In this document: one piece after another, positions 20,701 through 30,984 of the stretch
Numbering within the stretch: the stretch's first letter is position 1
Layout of the letters: every line of letters begins with the position of its first letter
Assembly (NCBI GenBank): GCA_944388545.1
Contig: CALXJE010000003.1
Span: 9,436-73,435 of the forward strand
Direction of reading: 5' to 3'
Source of the DNA: an uncultured Clostridia bacterium
Lineage (GTDB): Bacteria > Bacillota > Clostridia > TANB77 > CAG-465
DNA length: 64,000 nucleotides
The notes under the pieces: model-generated
Told to the model about the DNA's origin: nothing
The model's database searches: none
Seen by the model: only the letters and a program-made list of their open reading frames with translations
Program-made: the position numbers and the translations under genes

Positions 20701-22193
20701 TTAAATTGTCAATGATACAAATAAGTAACTTAACTTTCGGATATGATGATAGTATGAACAACGTATTTGAAAATGTTTCTTTTAATTTAGATACAGATTG
20801 GAAGTTAGGATTAATCGGAAGGAATGGAAAAGGAAAAACAACACTATTAAAACTGCTTTTAGGAAAATATGAATATAAAGGACAAATAACAAAAACAGTA
20901 GATGTGGATTATTTCCCTTTTGAAGTAAAAGATAAAGAGAAAATGGCAATAGAAATAATACAAGAAATCTCTAATAATATAGAAGAATGGGAAATAATTA
21001 AAGAATTAAATCTACTCAATACAGATAGTGATATTCTTTATAAAAAATATGAAGTTTTAAGTGGTGGAGAACAAGTAAAAATTCTGTTGGTAAGTTTATT
21101 TTTAAAGAAAAATAATTTTTTATTAATAGATGAGCCGACAAATCACTTAGATATAGAAACAAGAGAAAATCTAATAAAATATTTAAATAAGAAAAAAGGA
21201 TTTGTTTTAGTTTCACATGATAGAATTTTTTTAGATAAAGTTGTTGATCATATTATATCTATAAATAACACTAATATAGAACTGCAAAAAGGTAATTTTA
21301 GTTCTTGGAAAGAAAATAGAGATAGACAAAATTATTTTGAAAAAACTCAAAATGAAAAATTAAGAAAAGAAATAAGCAGATTAGAAATAGCTTCTAGTAA
21401 TACAGCTAACTGGGCAGATAAAATAGAAAAAACAAAGTATGGGACAAATAATTCTGGTTTGAGAGTGGATAGGGGATATATAGGTCATCAATCAGCTAAG
21501 ATGATGAAAAAATCTAAAGTTATAGAAAAAAGAATTGAAAAGAATATAGAAGAAAAAGCTAAGCTGTTAAATAATATTGATAGAAATGATGTTCTTACAA
21601 TAAAACCACTTATAAACAGAAAGAATACATTAGTAATTGCAGATAAATTTCAAATAAAATATGGTGATAAAGAAATATTTGCTCCTATTTCATTTGAAGT
21701 TAAAAATGGAGATAGAGTGGCTATTGTAGGTAAAAATGGAGCTGGAAAATCTAGTATATTAAAACTTATTTTAGGAGAAAATATACAATTTAATGGTTCT
21801 TTTAAGAGAGCACAGGATTTAAAAATATCATATATATCTCAAACAACAGAGAATTTAAAGGGAACATTAAAAAGATTTACAAAAGAAAGTAAAATTGATG
21901 AGGGAATATTTAAAGCTATGCTTTCAAAAATGGGAGTTTCGAGCATGGAATTTGAAAAAGATATACAAGATTTTAGTGAGGGACAAAAGAAAAAAGTCCT
22001 AATGGCCAAAAGTATAACAGAATCAGCAGATATATATGTTTGGGATGAACCATTAAACTACATAGATATTCCAACAAGATTGCAAATAGAAGAGGCTATA
22101 TTAAAGTATTGCCCTACTATTATTTTTGTTGAACATGATGAAATATTTAGGAATAATATAGCAAGTAAAGTAGTAAATTTAAATAAAAAATAA
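20697..22193 (+). CDS. ABC-F ATPase, Lsa-like ribosomal protection type
   Basis: Two ABC cassettes with no TM domain (GRNGKGKTTLL / LSGGE...LLIDEPTNHLD and GKNGAGKSSIL / FSEGQ...YVWDEPLNYID), joined by a charged ~90-aa linker. About 495 aa. By my recollection it is collinear with Lsa(A)-type proteins (DTDWKLGLIGRNGKGKTT, KKKGFVLVSHDR). The true start is more likely the TTG at 20706 or the ATG at 20712 than the GTG at 20697. Confidence 0.75.
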   Translation: MIKLSMIQISNLTFGYDDSMNNVFENVSFNLDTDWKLGLIGRNGKGKTTLLKLLLGKYEYKGQITKTVDVDYFPFEVKDKEKMAIEIIQEISNNIEEWEIIKELNLLNTDSDILYKKYEVLSGGEQVKILLVSLFLKKNNFLLIDEPTNHLDIETRENLIKYLNKKKGFVLVSHDRIFLDKVVDHIISINNTNIELQKGNFSSWKENRDRQNYFEKTQNEKLRKEISRLEIASSNTANWADKIEKTKYGTNNSGLRVDRGYIGHQSAKMMKKSKVIEKRIEKNIEEKAKLLNNIDRNDVLTIKPLINRKNTLVIADKFQIKYGDKEIFAPISFEVKNGDRVAIVGKNGAGKSSILKLILGENIQFNGSFKRAQDLKISYISQTTENLKGTLKRFTKESKIDEGIFKAMLSKMGVSSMEFEKDIQDFSEGQKKKVLMAKSITESADIYVWDEPLNYIDIPTRLQIEEAILKYCPTIIFVEHDEIFRNNIASKVVNLNKK

Positions 22194-22325
22194 CCGAAAT
22201 ATTTTTATTATATATGCTGTATAAATGTCAATTCAAATGTAATAAAAACTCAAAAAACATTTACTTTTCTGCTTTTATGTGTTATAATATAAATGTAGTT
22301 TGAAGTACAGAATGGGGGACGGAAT

Positions 22326-22856
22326 ATGTTTCATATAGGAGATAAAGTAGTGTATCCAATGCATGGCGCAGGAACAATTGAATCAATAGAAGAAAAGGAA
22401 ATGTTTGGTGATAAATCAGAATATTATATAATAAAAATGCCAATGAATGATATGAAGCTTATGGTGCCCACTAAAACAGCAGCAAATGTTGGGGTAAGAG
22501 AAGTTTCTGACGGAAGTATTGCAGAAAAGGTATTTGAAGTTTTAGAAAAACCAAAGCAAGCATATGTACATGAAAATAATTGGAGTAAAAGATATAGGGC
22601 AAATGTCGATAAGATAAAATCAGGAGATATACTAGAACTTGCAGATGTTGTAAGAGATCTTTCTCATAGACATATGGAAAGAGGACTTTCAACTGGTGAA
22701 AAGAAAATGTTAACATCGGCAAAGGAAATATTAATTAGCGAATTAGTATTAGCCCAAGATTTAGATCACAATTTAGTAGACAATGAAATAGAAGAAAAAA
22801 TAAAAGAGTCTTTTGAACTAGGTAGTTCTGTTGAAGGACCTAAAGAACAATTATAG
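22326..22856 (+). CDS. CarD/CdnL-family transcription regulator
   Basis: The N-terminal FHIGDKVVYPMHGAGTIESIEE matches the CarD_CdnL_TRCF RNA polymerase-interacting domain. 176 aa. Confidence 0.8.
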   Translation: MFHIGDKVVYPMHGAGTIESIEEKEMFGDKSEYYIIKMPMNDMKLMVPTKTAANVGVREVSDGSIAEKVFEVLEKPKQAYVHENNWSKRYRANVDKIKSGDILELADVVRDLSHRHMERGLSTGEKKMLTSAKEILISELVLAQDLDHNLVDNEIEEKIKESFELGSSVEGPKEQL

Positions 22857-22867
22857 TGTAACTTTGT

Positions 22868-22897
22868 AAAGCTGGTTTTCCAGCTTTATATTTTTTT
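22868..22897 (+). terminator. intrinsic terminator
   Basis: AAAGCTGG-TTTT-CCAGCTTT followed by ATATTTTTTT. Confidence 0.65.
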
Positions 22898-22972
22898 AAA
22901 AAATTAGTATATATGTATATTAATATTTATTAATATGCTATAATGAAAATATATTATGTAGGAGATAGAAAA

Positions 22973-24406
22973 ATGGATAAAGAATTTGTTAAAGATTTAA
23001 CTAAAATGGATGAGGATTTTGCAAAATGGTATACAGATATTATTATAAAAGCAGAATTAGTTGATTATGCACCAATTAAAGGATTTATGGTTATAAGACC
23101 ATATGGATATGAAATATGGGAAAATATTCAAGCTGTATTAGATAAAAAATTTAAAGAAACAGGACATAAAAATGCATACTTCCCAATATTAATACCAGAA
23201 AGCTTATTAAATAAAGAAAAAGAGCATGTAAAAGGTTTTGCACCAGAAGTTGCTTGGGTAACTTATGGTGGATCAGAGAAACTGTCTGAAAGATTATGCA
23301 TAAGACCAACATCAGAAACTATTATATCGACTATGTATTCTAAATGGATTAAGTCATATAGAGATTTGCCACTTCTTATAAATCAATGGGCAAATGTGGT
23401 AAGATGGGAAAAAACAACAAGACCATTTTTAAGAACAACAGAATTTTTATGGCAAGAAGGGCATACTCTTCATGAAACAGAGGAAGAAGCAAAAGAAGAA
23501 ACTATTAAAATGCTTAATATTTATGCAGATGTTTTTGAAAATTATTTAGCAATACCAGTTATAAAAGGTAAAAAGTCTGATAAAGAGAAATTTGCTGGAG
23601 CAGAAAGCACATATACTATAGAAGCTTTAATGCATGACGGTAAGGCACTACAATCTGGAACATCACACTTTTTTGGAGATGGATTTGCAAAAGCATTTGA
23701 TATAAAATATCAAGGCAGGGATGGAAAACAGAAAAATCCATTCCAAACTTCGTGGGGAGTGTCAACTCGTTCTATTGGTGGTATTATAATGACTCATGGT
23801 GATGATAGAGGATTAAAACTTCCACCAATGATTGCTCCAATTCAGGTTGTAATAGTACCATTTGCGCAACACAAAGAAGGAGTTATTGAAGAAGTAAATA
23901 AATTAGGGGAAAGATTAAAGAAAAAATTTAGAGTGGAATTAGATATAAGAGACTCATATACACCAGGATATAAATGTAATCATTGGGAATTAAAAGGTGT
24001 TCCTGTAAGACTAGAAATAGGACCAAAAGATATAGAAAAAAATGAATGTATATTATTTAGAAGAGATACATTTGAAAAGATATCTGTAGACTTAAAAAAT
24101 GTAGAAGAAGAGATAGATAATCTATTAAAAGATATACAAACTAATATGTATAATATGGCTTTAGAAAATAGGAAGAAGCATACATTCATTGCTAAAAATA
24201 TAGAAGAATATAAAAGTATATTTGAAAAAGATCAAGGATTTGTAAAAATAATGTGGTGTGGAAATAGAGATTGTGAAGATAAAATAAAGGAAGAAACATC
24301 ATCAACAATTAGATGTATACCTTTTGAAGAAGAACATATAGGAGATAAATGTGCAATATGTGGAAAAGAGGCAAAACATATGGTTTATACAGGTAGACAA
24401 TATTAA
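22973..24406 (+). CDS. proS: prolyl-tRNA synthetase, archaeal/eukaryote-like type without the INS editing domain
   Basis: Class II motifs (RPTSET, FLRTTEFLWQEGHT, GTSHFFG), an anticodon-binding domain, and a C-terminal Cys-rich Zn domain (WCGNRDCEDK...CAICGK). The ATG at 22973 follows an AGGAGA RBS. Confidence 0.9.
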   Translation: MDKEFVKDLTKMDEDFAKWYTDIIIKAELVDYAPIKGFMVIRPYGYEIWENIQAVLDKKFKETGHKNAYFPILIPESLLNKEKEHVKGFAPEVAWVTYGGSEKLSERLCIRPTSETIISTMYSKWIKSYRDLPLLINQWANVVRWEKTTRPFLRTTEFLWQEGHTLHETEEEAKEETIKMLNIYADVFENYLAIPVIKGKKSDKEKFAGAESTYTIEALMHDGKALQSGTSHFFGDGFAKAFDIKYQGRDGKQKNPFQTSWGVSTRSIGGIIMTHGDDRGLKLPPMIAPIQVVIVPFAQHKEGVIEEVNKLGERLKKKFRVELDIRDSYTPGYKCNHWELKGVPVRLEIGPKDIEKNECILFRRDTFEKISVDLKNVEEEIDNLLKDIQTNMYNMALENRKKHTFIAKNIEEYKSIFEKDQGFVKIMWCGNRDCEDKIKEETSSTIRCIPFEEEHIGDKCAICGKEAKHMVYTGRQY

Positions 24407-24514
24407 TAATAATAGATAAAAAAATAGCGGCCTTCAATTTTATGGCTTGCAATTTTATGGCTTGCTATTTTTTTATTGACAATAATTAATAAAATGATAT
24501 AATTTACTATAAAT

Positions 24515-24590
24515 GCTGGTGTAGCTCAGTTGGCAGAGCAATTGATTCGTAATCAATAGGTCGTCAGTTCAATTCTGACCATCAGCTCCA
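24515..24590 (+). tRNA. tRNA-Thr (anticodon CGT)
   Basis: Acceptor GCTGGTG/CATCAGC, D-arm GCTCAGTTGGCAGAGC, anticodon stem-loop ATTGA-TTCGTAA-TCAAT, T-arm GTCAGTTCAATTCTGAC, and an encoded CCA. Confidence 0.9.
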
Positions 24591-24647
24591 AATGAATACA
24601 ACTTACGGACTGTAAAATGTTCGTGAGTTTTTCTTTTGTTTAAAATA

Positions 24648-24782
24648 ATGTTCTCTTTCTGGCTATTAATTACACTATCTGAAAAAAGTAAAGAAACAAA
24701 CCAATTAGAATGGACAAAATTAATGAATAATTATAAAAATATGGCTGAAGAAATTATCTTAAATGAATTAATTTATATGTAA
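24648..24782 (+). pseudogene. remnant resembling the C-terminus of transposon protein TnpV (tentative)
   Basis: The 44-codon ORF MFSFWLLITLSEKSKETNQLEWTKLMNNYKNMAEEIILNELIYM ends with a Q-x-EW-x3-MNN-x5-AEEI-x-N-ELIY pattern. I recall this pattern from the C-termini of TnpV-type proteins of clostridial mobilisable transposons. It has no RBS and lies immediately 3' of a tRNA. Confidence 0.35.
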
Positions 24783-25026
24783 AAATTGGACTGCAAAAGC
24801 GTAGCCCTTATTTGTACTCCCGCATAAATTCTTATGTCGGATATCCTCCCAACTACAATATAATAAGTTGAGATAATAGTATTGAGAAAAAGAAATAATA
24901 AATTAAATAATTTAGTAAAAATGATAAAAGACAATGAAATCTAATCACTGTCTTTCAATGTAATAAAATATTAAGATATGTATTTAGTTTAGAGAAGTTT
25001 ATATAATTTGTTTCAAATTATTTTAA

Positions 25027-25440
25027 TTACTTGTTTTTTAACTTAAATAATTTAATTATATTTAAAATAGATGGAATTGTAATTATTGTTAATGCAACAA
25101 TTACAATTAAATTAAAATCAAAATTGGATACTCCGTAGTTTATTTCATACTTATACTCATGGATTGTACTTGGAATGAAACATCCTATAATAATAAGTTT
25201 AATTATGCTATTAATACAAGAATATATTAATCCTTTCTTAATTTTATCTAATGTTATTAAGAAATCAAATACAATTACAAGTAATGCAATAATAGAAGGT
25301 ATTATAAATATAACTCCTATTTGTCCCAAACCATCTGCGCCAATACTTTGTAGACCAATTATTAAACCATATGATGATAAAATTAATCCTATTATACTAC
25401 ATATAATTGATATTACTTTTGATATTCTAAATAGTTTCAT
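25027..25440 (-). CDS. small membrane protein, unknown function
   Basis: 137 aa with 4 predicted TM segments. AAAGGAGA lies 6 nt upstream of the ATG on the minus strand. The overlapping + strand ORF 25175..25528 is judged a shadow. Confidence 0.5.
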   Translation of the reverse strand: MKLFRISKVISIICSIIGLILSSYGLIIGLQSIGADGLGQIGVIFIIPSIIALLVIVFDFLITLDKIKKGLIYSCINSIIKLIIIGCFIPSTIHEYKYEINYGVSNFDFNLIVIVALTIITIPSILNIIKLFKLKNK

Positions 25441-25751
25441 ATGCTTTTCTCCTTTCTTATTTAATGCAATGGGTAAACTATTTTTTAACCTTTATTCATT
25501 GGTAAACTTCTTAGTAATTTTATATTAAAATTATACTATATAATCAAAAAAAACTATATACTTTCATTGAAATTTAATAAAAATTCCTATAAAATGTTTT
25601 TAGAAAGAAAAATATCTAGAAAACTGTGGTTTAATCACTTAAATTAAATTTTTAATCTCATTTATAATGACCATATATTTTTATAATTTAACAATGTGTT
25701 GAATAACACTAAATATAATTTCATATTAATTAATATGGAGGTGATAGTAGA

Positions 25752-26231
25752 TTGCAAAATAGAAATCTATGCTATAGAGGTGATTATTTATTGTACGCTA
25801 TAGCCGAGTTGCGAGGGAATAGTAAACATAGCAATATAAAGGGAAAAGTTAAGTTTTATACATTTAAAGAAGGAAGTATAGTAAAAGTTGAAATTGAGGG
25901 GCTTCCAAATGAGCATAAAAATAATTTTTTTGGATTTCATATACACGAAGGAGAAGGCTGTATAGAAGAAGAGGGAAAGTCTCCTTTTGAAACAGCTGGA
26001 GGACATTTAAATCCAGAAAACGATGAACACCCTCAGCATTTAGGAGATCTACCAATAATATATTCTAATAACGGGTATGCATATATGGAATTTTTTACAA
26101 GTAGATTTTCTCCAGATAAAGTGGTAAATCATACGATAATAGTTCACAAAAACAGAGATGATTTGGTAACGGAACCGGCAGGTAATTCAGGAGAAAGAAT
26201 TGCTTGTGGTAGAATAATGCAAGTTACATAA
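25752..26231 (+). CDS. sodC: Cu/Zn superoxide dismutase family protein
   Basis: Metal-ligand motifs GFHIHEGEGC, GGHLNP, HLGDLP and VHKNRDD, and a C-terminal GNSGERIACG. TTG start after GGAGGTGA. No obvious signal peptide. Confidence 0.8.
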   Translation: MQNRNLCYRGDYLLYAIAELRGNSKHSNIKGKVKFYTFKEGSIVKVEIEGLPNEHKNNFFGFHIHEGEGCIEEEGKSPFETAGGHLNPENDEHPQHLGDLPIIYSNNGYAYMEFFTSRFSPDKVVNHTIIVHKNRDDLVTEPAGNSGERIACGRIMQVT

Positions 26232-26284
26232 AATACATCTGTGTTGTATTAAAAAATAGTACATAATAAATATACTATAATGCA

Positions 26285-26360
26285 AAAATATAAAGTTAGT
26301 TATGTAATAAACTTTCAGTTTAAACATAGCTAGCTTTTTTGTATATAAATGAAAAATCTA
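26285..26360 (+). repeat. intergenic hairpin repeat, copy B
   Basis: AAGTTAGTTATG-loop-CATAGCTAGCTTTTTT followed by TATATAAATGAAAAAT. The stem carries a compensatory C/G swap relative to the other copies. Confidence 0.6.
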
Positions 26361-26564
26361 CATGGTAAAATTTGTAAAATTTGTAAATAATAGATTATCA
26401 TACTAAATTGACAATAGAATCTAGAAGTTTCTAGGACTATAAAAGTATTGATAAAAATATGTAATAAATATGTTACAAAATAAGTAAAAAGACTTGAAAT
26501 TATTTAATTTTATTATATAATAATTGCAGAATGTATAGTGCTTATTATTGAGGAGGGGAACAGT

Positions 26565-27686
26565 TTGTCAGATATAGTAGTAAGTTCTGCAAAAAAGGTA
26601 AATATATTAGATAAAATAATACAAAGCGTAGTAATAATGGTAAACATGGGCAAAATGAACCGAGCTATAGATGAGCATCTTGAAGTAATAAAAAATACTG
26701 ATAGGGATGATCAAAGAGTATATCAAGAAAATATATTAAGAGAAATTATTTATGTTAAATATCAATATGATATAATGCAAAGGACAATGTATGACTTGAA
26801 ATTATCATATTCTGATGAAATAATTGAGAATATTAATTCTACTGATAAAACACAAAGATTGACACTTCAAAAAGAATTTTTAGAGATGGAATATGATAGA
26901 ATAACAAAAATAAGGTTTAAAAACAGAGAAGATTTAAAATATATGCTTCTTATTATTTCAGGAGCTATAGGAACAGTTAAACAAAATATAAAAGATGAGG
27001 GAAAAAATTTAAGATATAATCAAGTAATTAAATGTGCTGAAGATATAGATACTAAAATTAAAGAGAATGAATATTCAGAAGAGTGTTATGATCAAATATT
27101 TAATTATTTAGATGAGTATGTAAGTTATATAAATGATAATTATGATATATCAAAATTACCAGATGATGAAAAAGAAATAATAGAACTTGTCATAGAATCA
27201 ACAATAAACGGTATAGAATCAGATATCGATGAATTAAATTACCAATATGATTTAATCATTAATATATGTAAAAATGCATATAGATATTTTAAAATTGTGG
27301 ATAAAATATTTGAAAAGATACAAAATGTGTATGAAGAGTCTTTAGAAAGACAAAGTATTAATGTTTCAGATTATATTTCTTTTTATAAACAAATATATGA
27401 TAAGAAAATAAAGACTATGGTAAATGATGTTCATAGAACAATTAAAATAGAAGACGAATATTTAGAATATTCTAAGGCGCTTCAAGATGAGACAATAGAT
27501 GAATTTATATTAAGAAAATCGTATGAAACAAGTTCATCTGATAAAACCAAAGAAATTTTACAAGAAGAACTTCAAAAATATATTTGTGAAGAAGAGGAAA
27601 ACGATAAAGAAGAGAGTGCTTCTGATGTTGAAGAAAAAAGTTCGGAAAATAATATAGAGGAAAAAGAAGTTAACGAAGTTATATAA
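26565..27686 (+). CDS. acidic hypothetical protein
   Basis: Long ORF rich in E/D/K/I/Y with a poly-acidic C-terminus and no recognised motif. The TTG at 26565 lies 5-6 nt after GAGGAGGGG, and I prefer it to the track start at 26538. Confidence 0.45.
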   Translation: MSDIVVSSAKKVNILDKIIQSVVIMVNMGKMNRAIDEHLEVIKNTDRDDQRVYQENILREIIYVKYQYDIMQRTMYDLKLSYSDEIIENINSTDKTQRLTLQKEFLEMEYDRITKIRFKNREDLKYMLLIISGAIGTVKQNIKDEGKNLRYNQVIKCAEDIDTKIKENEYSEECYDQIFNYLDEYVSYINDNYDISKLPDDEKEIIELVIESTINGIESDIDELNYQYDLIINICKNAYRYFKIVDKIFEKIQNVYEESLERQSINVSDYISFYKQIYDKKIKTMVNDVHRTIKIEDEYLEYSKALQDETIDEFILRKSYETSSSDKTKEILQEELQKYICEEEENDKEESASDVEEKSSENNIEEKEVNEVI

Positions 27687-27701
27687 AAGAAAATCAAATA
27701 T

Positions 27702-27740
27702 AAATGTGACAATAGGTATAATATATTTATTGCCACATTT
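27702..27740 (+). terminator. hairpin between hypothetical gene and pflB
   Basis: AAATGTGACAATA-N13-TATTGCCACATTT followed by TTAT. It may terminate the upstream gene. Confidence 0.35.
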
Positions 27741-27764
27741 TATGAATTTAAGGAGAGTGGTATT

Positions 27765-30032
27765 ATGGATAAAGATATGTTATATGATGCTTGGAAAGGT
27801 TTTAATGATGGAAAATGGATGGAAGAAATAGACGTTAGAGATTTTATAATATCTAACTATACACCATATGAAGGTGATTATGAATTTTTAGAAAAACCTA
27901 CTCAAAACACAAAAAAATTATGGGACAAGGTTAAGGAATTATTAAAACAAGAGCTAGATAATGACGGTGTTTTAGATGTAGATACAGATATAATTTCAAC
28001 AATCTCATCACACGGACCAGGATATATAGATAAAAACCTAGAACTTATTGTTGGTCTTCAAACAGATAGTCCATTAAAAAGAGCTATAATGCCTTTTGGT
28101 GGAATAAGAATGGTTGAATCATCAGTGACAGAGTATGGGAAAAAACTAAACGAGAACATAAAAGAAATATTTACTAAATATAGAAAAACACATAATCAAG
28201 GGGTTTATGACGTATATACTACTGAGATGAGACTTGCAAGAAAATCTGGTATTATAACAGGTCTTCCTGATGCGTACGGAAGAGGTAGAATAATTGGAGA
28301 CTATAGAAGACTTGCGTTATATGGAATAGACTTTTTGATCGAAGAGAAGAAAGAAGAACTATTATCCTTAGAACTTGATGTAATGGATGAAGAAACAATT
28401 AGATTAAGAGAGGAAATATCAGATCAAATAAAGGCGTTAAATGAATTAAAAGAATTAGGTAGTATATATGGCTTTGATATATCATATCCTGCAAAAAATG
28501 CAAAAGAGGCAGTGCAATGGACATATTTTGCATATTTAGCAGCTGTAAAAGAACAAAATGGTGCGGCTATGAGTATAGGTAGAATATCTACATTTTTAGA
28601 TATATTTATTAAAAGAGATATGGATAAAGGTATACTTGATGAAAAAGGAGCTCAAGAATTAATAGATCAACTAGTAATAAAGCTAAGAATGATAAGATTT
28701 TTAAGGACAAAAGAGTATAATAATTTGTTTGGAGGAGATCCTACTTGGACTACTGAATCTATAGGAGGGATGACGTTAAGTGGAAAAACTTTAGTTACTA
28801 AAAACTCATATAGAATACTAAATACTTTATATAATTTAGGCCCAGCACCAGAGCCAAATTTAACTGTACTTTGGTCTGAAAATTTGCCTAATAACTTTAA
28901 AAAATATTGCGCTAAAGTTTCAATAGAGACAAGTGCTATACAATTTGAAAATGACGATTTAATGAGACAATATTATGGAGACGATTATGCAATAGCTTGT
29001 TGTGTATCTGCAATGCGAGTAGGAAAACAAATGCAGTTTTTTGGAGCTAGATGTAATTTAGCTAAAGCCTTACTATACGCTATAAATTCAGGTAAAGATG
29101 AAGTTTCAGGAAAGCAGGTTGGTCCAAAACTACCAGAATTGACAGGAGAATATTTAGACTATAATGAAGTGATGGAAAGATATGATGAAATCTTAACGTG
29201 GCTTTCAAGATTATATATAAATACACTAAATGTTATTCATTATATGCATGATAAATACTGTTATGAAAAAATTCAAATGGCATTTCATGATAGAGATGTA
29301 TATAGAACAATGGCAACCGGTATCGCAGGACTTTCAGTTGTAGCTGATTCTCTTAGTGCTATAAAGTATGCAAAAGTTAAACCTATAAGAGATGAAAATG
29401 GAATAGCTATTGATTTTAAAGTGGAAGGGACATTCCCAACGTTTGGGAATAATGATGATAGAGTAGATGAGATTGCAGAGTATGTTCAAAAAATGTTTAT
29501 GGACAAACTAAAAAAATATAAAACATATAGAAATAGTGAACAAACAATGTCTATACTTACTATTACTTCAAATGTTGTTTATGGAGAAAAAACAGGTAAT
29601 ACTCCAGATGGTAGAAAAAAAGGAGAAGCTTTTGCACCTGGTGCAAATCCAATGCATGAAAGAGAAAAAAATGGAGCTCTTGCAGCACTTTCTTCGGTCG
29701 CAAAACTAGATTATGAAGATAGTATGGACGGAATTTCATATACTTTCTCTATAACTCCATCTGCACTTGGAAAGACAGAAGAGTGGCAAATAGATAATTT
29801 AGTGAGTATGCTGGATGGATATTTCAAAGATACAGGACATCATATTAATGTAAATGTGTTAAATAAAGAGACCCTTATAGATGCAATGGAGCATCCTGAG
29901 CTTTATTCACAACTTACAATAAGAGTAAGTGGATATGCTGTTAATTTTACTAGATTATCTAGAAAACATCAGATGGAAGTAATTTCTCGTACTTTTTATG
30001 ATAGAATAGGTACCGGAGATAATATTATATAG
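27765..30032 (+). CDS. pflB: pyruvate formate-lyase (formate C-acetyltransferase)
   Basis: 755 aa with the active-site Cys pair (IACCVSAM) and the C-terminal glycyl-radical motif [11 protein letters not shown]. Confidence 0.95.
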   Translation: MDKDMLYDAWKGFNDGKWMEEIDVRDFIISNYTPYEGDYEFLEKPTQNTKKLWDKVKELLKQELDNDGVLDVDTDIISTISSHGPGYIDKNLELIVGLQTDSPLKRAIMPFGGIRMVESSVTEYGKKLNENIKEIFTKYRKTHNQGVYDVYTTEMRLARKSGIITGLPDAYGRGRIIGDYRRLALYGIDFLIEEKKEELLSLELDVMDEETIRLREEISDQIKALNELKELGSIYGFDISYPAKNAKEAVQWTYFAYLAAVKEQNGAAMSIGRISTFLDIFIKRDMDKGILDEKGAQELIDQLVIKLRMIRFLRTKEYNNLFGGDPTWTTESIGGMTLSGKTLVTKNSYRILNTLYNLGPAPEPNLTVLWSENLPNNFKKYCAKVSIETSAIQFENDDLMRQYYGDDYAIACCVSAMRVGKQMQFFGARCNLAKALLYAINSGKDEVSGKQVGPKLPELTGEYLDYNEVMERYDEILTWLSRLYINTLNVIHYMHDKYCYEKIQMAFHDRDVYRTMATGIAGLSVVADSLSAIKYAKVKPIRDENGIAIDFKVEGTFPTFGNNDDRVDEIAEYVQKMFMDKLKKYKTYRNSEQTMSILTITSNVVYGEKTGNTPDGRKKGEAFAPGANPMHEREKNGALAALSSVAKLDYEDSMDGISYTFSITPSALGKTEEWQIDNLVSMLDGYFKDTGHHINVNVLNKETLIDAMEHPELYSQLTIRVSGYAVNFTRLSRKHQMEVISRTFYDRIGTGDNII

Positions 30033-30049
30033 GGTAAAGAGGAATAAAT

Positions 30050-30787
30050 ATGATTGGAAGAATACACTCTTTTGAGACTTTTGGAACAGTAGATGGACCA
30101 GGGATACGATTTGTAGTATTTATGCAAGGTTGTAATTTTAGATGTAAATTTTGCCATAATCCAGATACTTGGTTTAAAGAAGGAGGAAAAGAATATACTG
30201 AAGAAGAAATAATAAACGAAATAAATAAATATAGAGTATATTATGACAAGTCAAAAGGAGGGCTTACAGTATCTGGAGGAGAGCCTTTACTTCAAATAGA
30301 TTTTTTAATAGAACTTTTTAAATTAGCAAAAAAAAATAATATTAGTACTGCTCTTGATACAGCAGGAGATATAGACATGGAATCTAGTATGTGTTTAAAA
30401 AAAATAGATGAGCTTTTAAAATATACTGATTTAGCATTATTGGATATTAAGGAAATTGATGAAAAAAAACATATTAATCTTACAGGTAAGAGCAATAAAA
30501 ATACCATAAAATTTGCAGAGTATTTAAATAAAAAAAATATCCAAACCATTATTAGATATGTATATGTAAAAGGAATAAATGATTCAGAAGAAACAATAAA
30601 CGGATTAAGACTAATTAAAAGTAACATGAAAAACATATTGGAAATTGATGTTCTTGGATATCATAAAATGGGAGAATATAAATGGAAAGAACTCGGATTA
30701 AATAATGAGTTTATTAATATTACTCCACCAACTAGTAATGAGGTAAAAGAAATAAAGAAATATCTAAATAGTAAAATTAGCAATTAA
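30050..30787 (+). CDS. pflA: pyruvate formate-lyase activating enzyme (radical SAM)
   Basis: Glycyl-radical-activase N-terminus (ETFGTVDGPGIRFVVFMQGC) and the CNFRCKFCHN cluster motif. It lies directly downstream of pflB. Confidence 0.9.
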   Translation: MIGRIHSFETFGTVDGPGIRFVVFMQGCNFRCKFCHNPDTWFKEGGKEYTEEEIINEINKYRVYYDKSKGGLTVSGGEPLLQIDFLIELFKLAKKNNISTALDTAGDIDMESSMCLKKIDELLKYTDLALLDIKEIDEKKHINLTGKSNKNTIKFAEYLNKKNIQTIIRYVYVKGINDSEETINGLRLIKSNMKNILEIDVLGYHKMGEYKWKELGLNNEFINITPPTSNEVKEIKKYLNSKISN

Positions 30788-30859
30788 AATTGAACGCTTG
30801 ACATAGTAAAAAATATAGAGTACTATTAAATAGTAAAAATAAGAAAAGAGGGAAAATAA

Positions 30860-30952
<93 letters not shown>

Positions 30953-30984
30953 ATATAGGTTTTTGCACTCAAAACACAGCCGAA

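Noticed and set aside
22857-22972. T-box leaders upstream of proS (22857..22972) and serS (63034..63175).
   Set aside because: The intergenic regions are only ~115-140 nt and lack the conserved T-box sequence and the specifier/antiterminator architecture.
24421-24475. Tandem direct repeat caattttatggcttg x2 after proS.
   Set aside because: It lies within an A-run/T-run-flanked hairpin region (AAAAATAGC...GCTATTTTT) that is most simply the proS terminator. At two copies it is too short to call a repeat element.
25175-25528. + strand ORF overlapping the minus-strand membrane protein gene.
   Set aside because: The minus-strand ORF 25027..25440 has an AGGAGA RBS at correct spacing and a coherent 4-TM profile. 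The + ORF has neither.
27702-27740. Inverted repeat AAATGTGACAATA...TATTGCCACATTT upstream of pflB, considered as a CRP/FNR-type operator.
   Set aside because: The half-site spacing (13 nt between 13-nt arms) does not fit TGTGA-N6-TCACA or TTGAT-N4-ATCAA. It is better explained as the terminator of the upstream gene.
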